Below, one piece after another: positions 63,101 through 64,000 of a stretch of DNA of 64,000 bases. This stretch comes from Eledone cirrhosa (taxonomy: Eukaryota): NCBI GenBank assembly GCA_964016885.1, contig OZ024741.1, positions 395,746,001 through 395,810,000 of the forward strand, given 5' to 3'. A program made the translations under genes and the position numbers. Every line of letters starts with the position of its first letter. Positions within the stretch are counted from its first letter, which is position 1. A model generated the notes under the pieces. The model saw only the letters and a program-made list of their open reading frames with translations. It was not told where the DNA came from and made no database searches.

Positions 63101-64000
63101 GTAACAACGACCTCACCACAATGTGTCATGGCTGATATAATGAGTTATATAGATGCTGCAGATATTCAAGTATCAAGTTCGAAATCTGGTCGTCCTACCA
63201 GTGATGTACTTCCGGGAGATGAAATATGGACGTCGACAAAAACTGACACATTTCCAAAGATTACATTATCTTTTATATCCAACCCTCGTCAAATACAACA
63301 ACTGAAACTCAGTAAATTAAACAACGTCAAAGCTTACTCCATTACAGTTTACTTTACAAATAGTCCCTCTTTCAAGAAGGTGAGTATTTTAAAAGAGATT
63401 TAAAGCATCTTTCTATTTGCTTACTTGTAGACAAATGTTTTGTCTATTTATTTTAAATACATTATTAAATATATATATTGTTGTTATTTATCTATGTCTA
63501 GGGAATAATATAGTTATTATTTCCTACAGAAATACTTTCAAATATCCCAGTGATATATAATTTAATTTAAATAAAACTGTCCATAAATCATAGATTAATA
63601 AATAATTTTCCATTGTCTCTATTCTATTACTAGTGATGAATCAGTAAATATTTGATTCATATTATATTTTCACACCATATAATATATTTTGTAATGGAGC
63701 TACATTATTCTTATGTAATCATCAATTTTATCTGTAGATGATAAAACCTGATGCCGTTGCTAATATTCCGGTTGGTAATGATACAGTCGAGACCATCATT
63801 GTCGGGCTTATCAAAGCAGATAGGCAACTATCCGTACAAGCCGAAATGAATGTTTACGAATGTGAAAGTGTAAAAACGACCACAGTTGAAAAGACAACAA
63901 CAATGTCGACAGTAGCAACATCAGCGAAAATCACGTCTACCACTCCAACAATTACTACGAAACCTATTGTGTCTACAACGATGCCACCAACAACACAAAA
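29877..64000 (+). CDS. Spliced multi-exon CDS: giant mucin-like protein, at least 26 x [discoidin/F5-8 type C-like domain + PTS linker], 201 aa per unit
   Basis: Exon A(n)=29877..30154+1329(n-1) and exon B(n)=30514..30838+1329(n-1); A26=63102-63379 and B26 starts at 63738. All junctions are GT-AG, introns are 359 and 367 bp, and phases run 1-0-1. Each unit gives 603 nt with no exonic stop or indel. Confidence 0.88.
30514..30838 (+). CDS. Array exon B, unit 1 (domain C-terminus + Thr-rich linker)
   Basis: Acceptor TTTTATCTGTAG| and donor TAG|GTACGT; 325 nt; encodes MIKPDAVANIPVGNDTVETIIVGLIKADRQLSVQAEMNVYEC then ESVKTTT...STSIPPSV. Confidence 0.9.

Larger units (their letters stand above)
29780..64000 (+). 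repeat. 1329-bp tandem array (25 complete units + 1 partial, running off the window), each unit = exon A, intron, exon B, intron
   Basis: Track ORFs recur every 1329 bp from 29822 to 63047. Units differ only by scattered single substitutions and one 1-bp intronic deletion near 63390. Confidence 0.99.

Overview
Eukaryotic (animal) genomic DNA, most likely an octopod cephalopod; this taxon call is inferred from the SINE family. The whole window reads as the interior of one very large + strand spliced gene that the ORF track misses. Its exons here are an LDL-receptor class A exon (9164-9281), a 45-nt Thr/Ser/Pro mini-exon (14921-14965), and at least 26 near-identical 1329-bp tandem units (about 29780 to the window end). 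Each unit holds two GT-AG exons (278+325 nt = 201 codons) that splice in frame unit to unit. Each unit encodes a 128-aa Cys-to-Cys domain resembling a divergent discoidin/F5-8 type C fold plus a 73-aa Pro/Thr/Ser-rich linker, giving a beads-on-a-string mucin-like protein of more than 5,200 aa within this window alone. The upstream introns carry a 125-copy 57-bp satellite, many tRNA-derived SINEs, two full-length but disrupted Tx1/L1-type LINEs plus a 3' fragment, R4/Dong-type, RTE and mariner fragments piled on microsatellites, and two or three hammerhead-ribozyme-like motifs. No database searches were run; domain and family names come from motif recognition.
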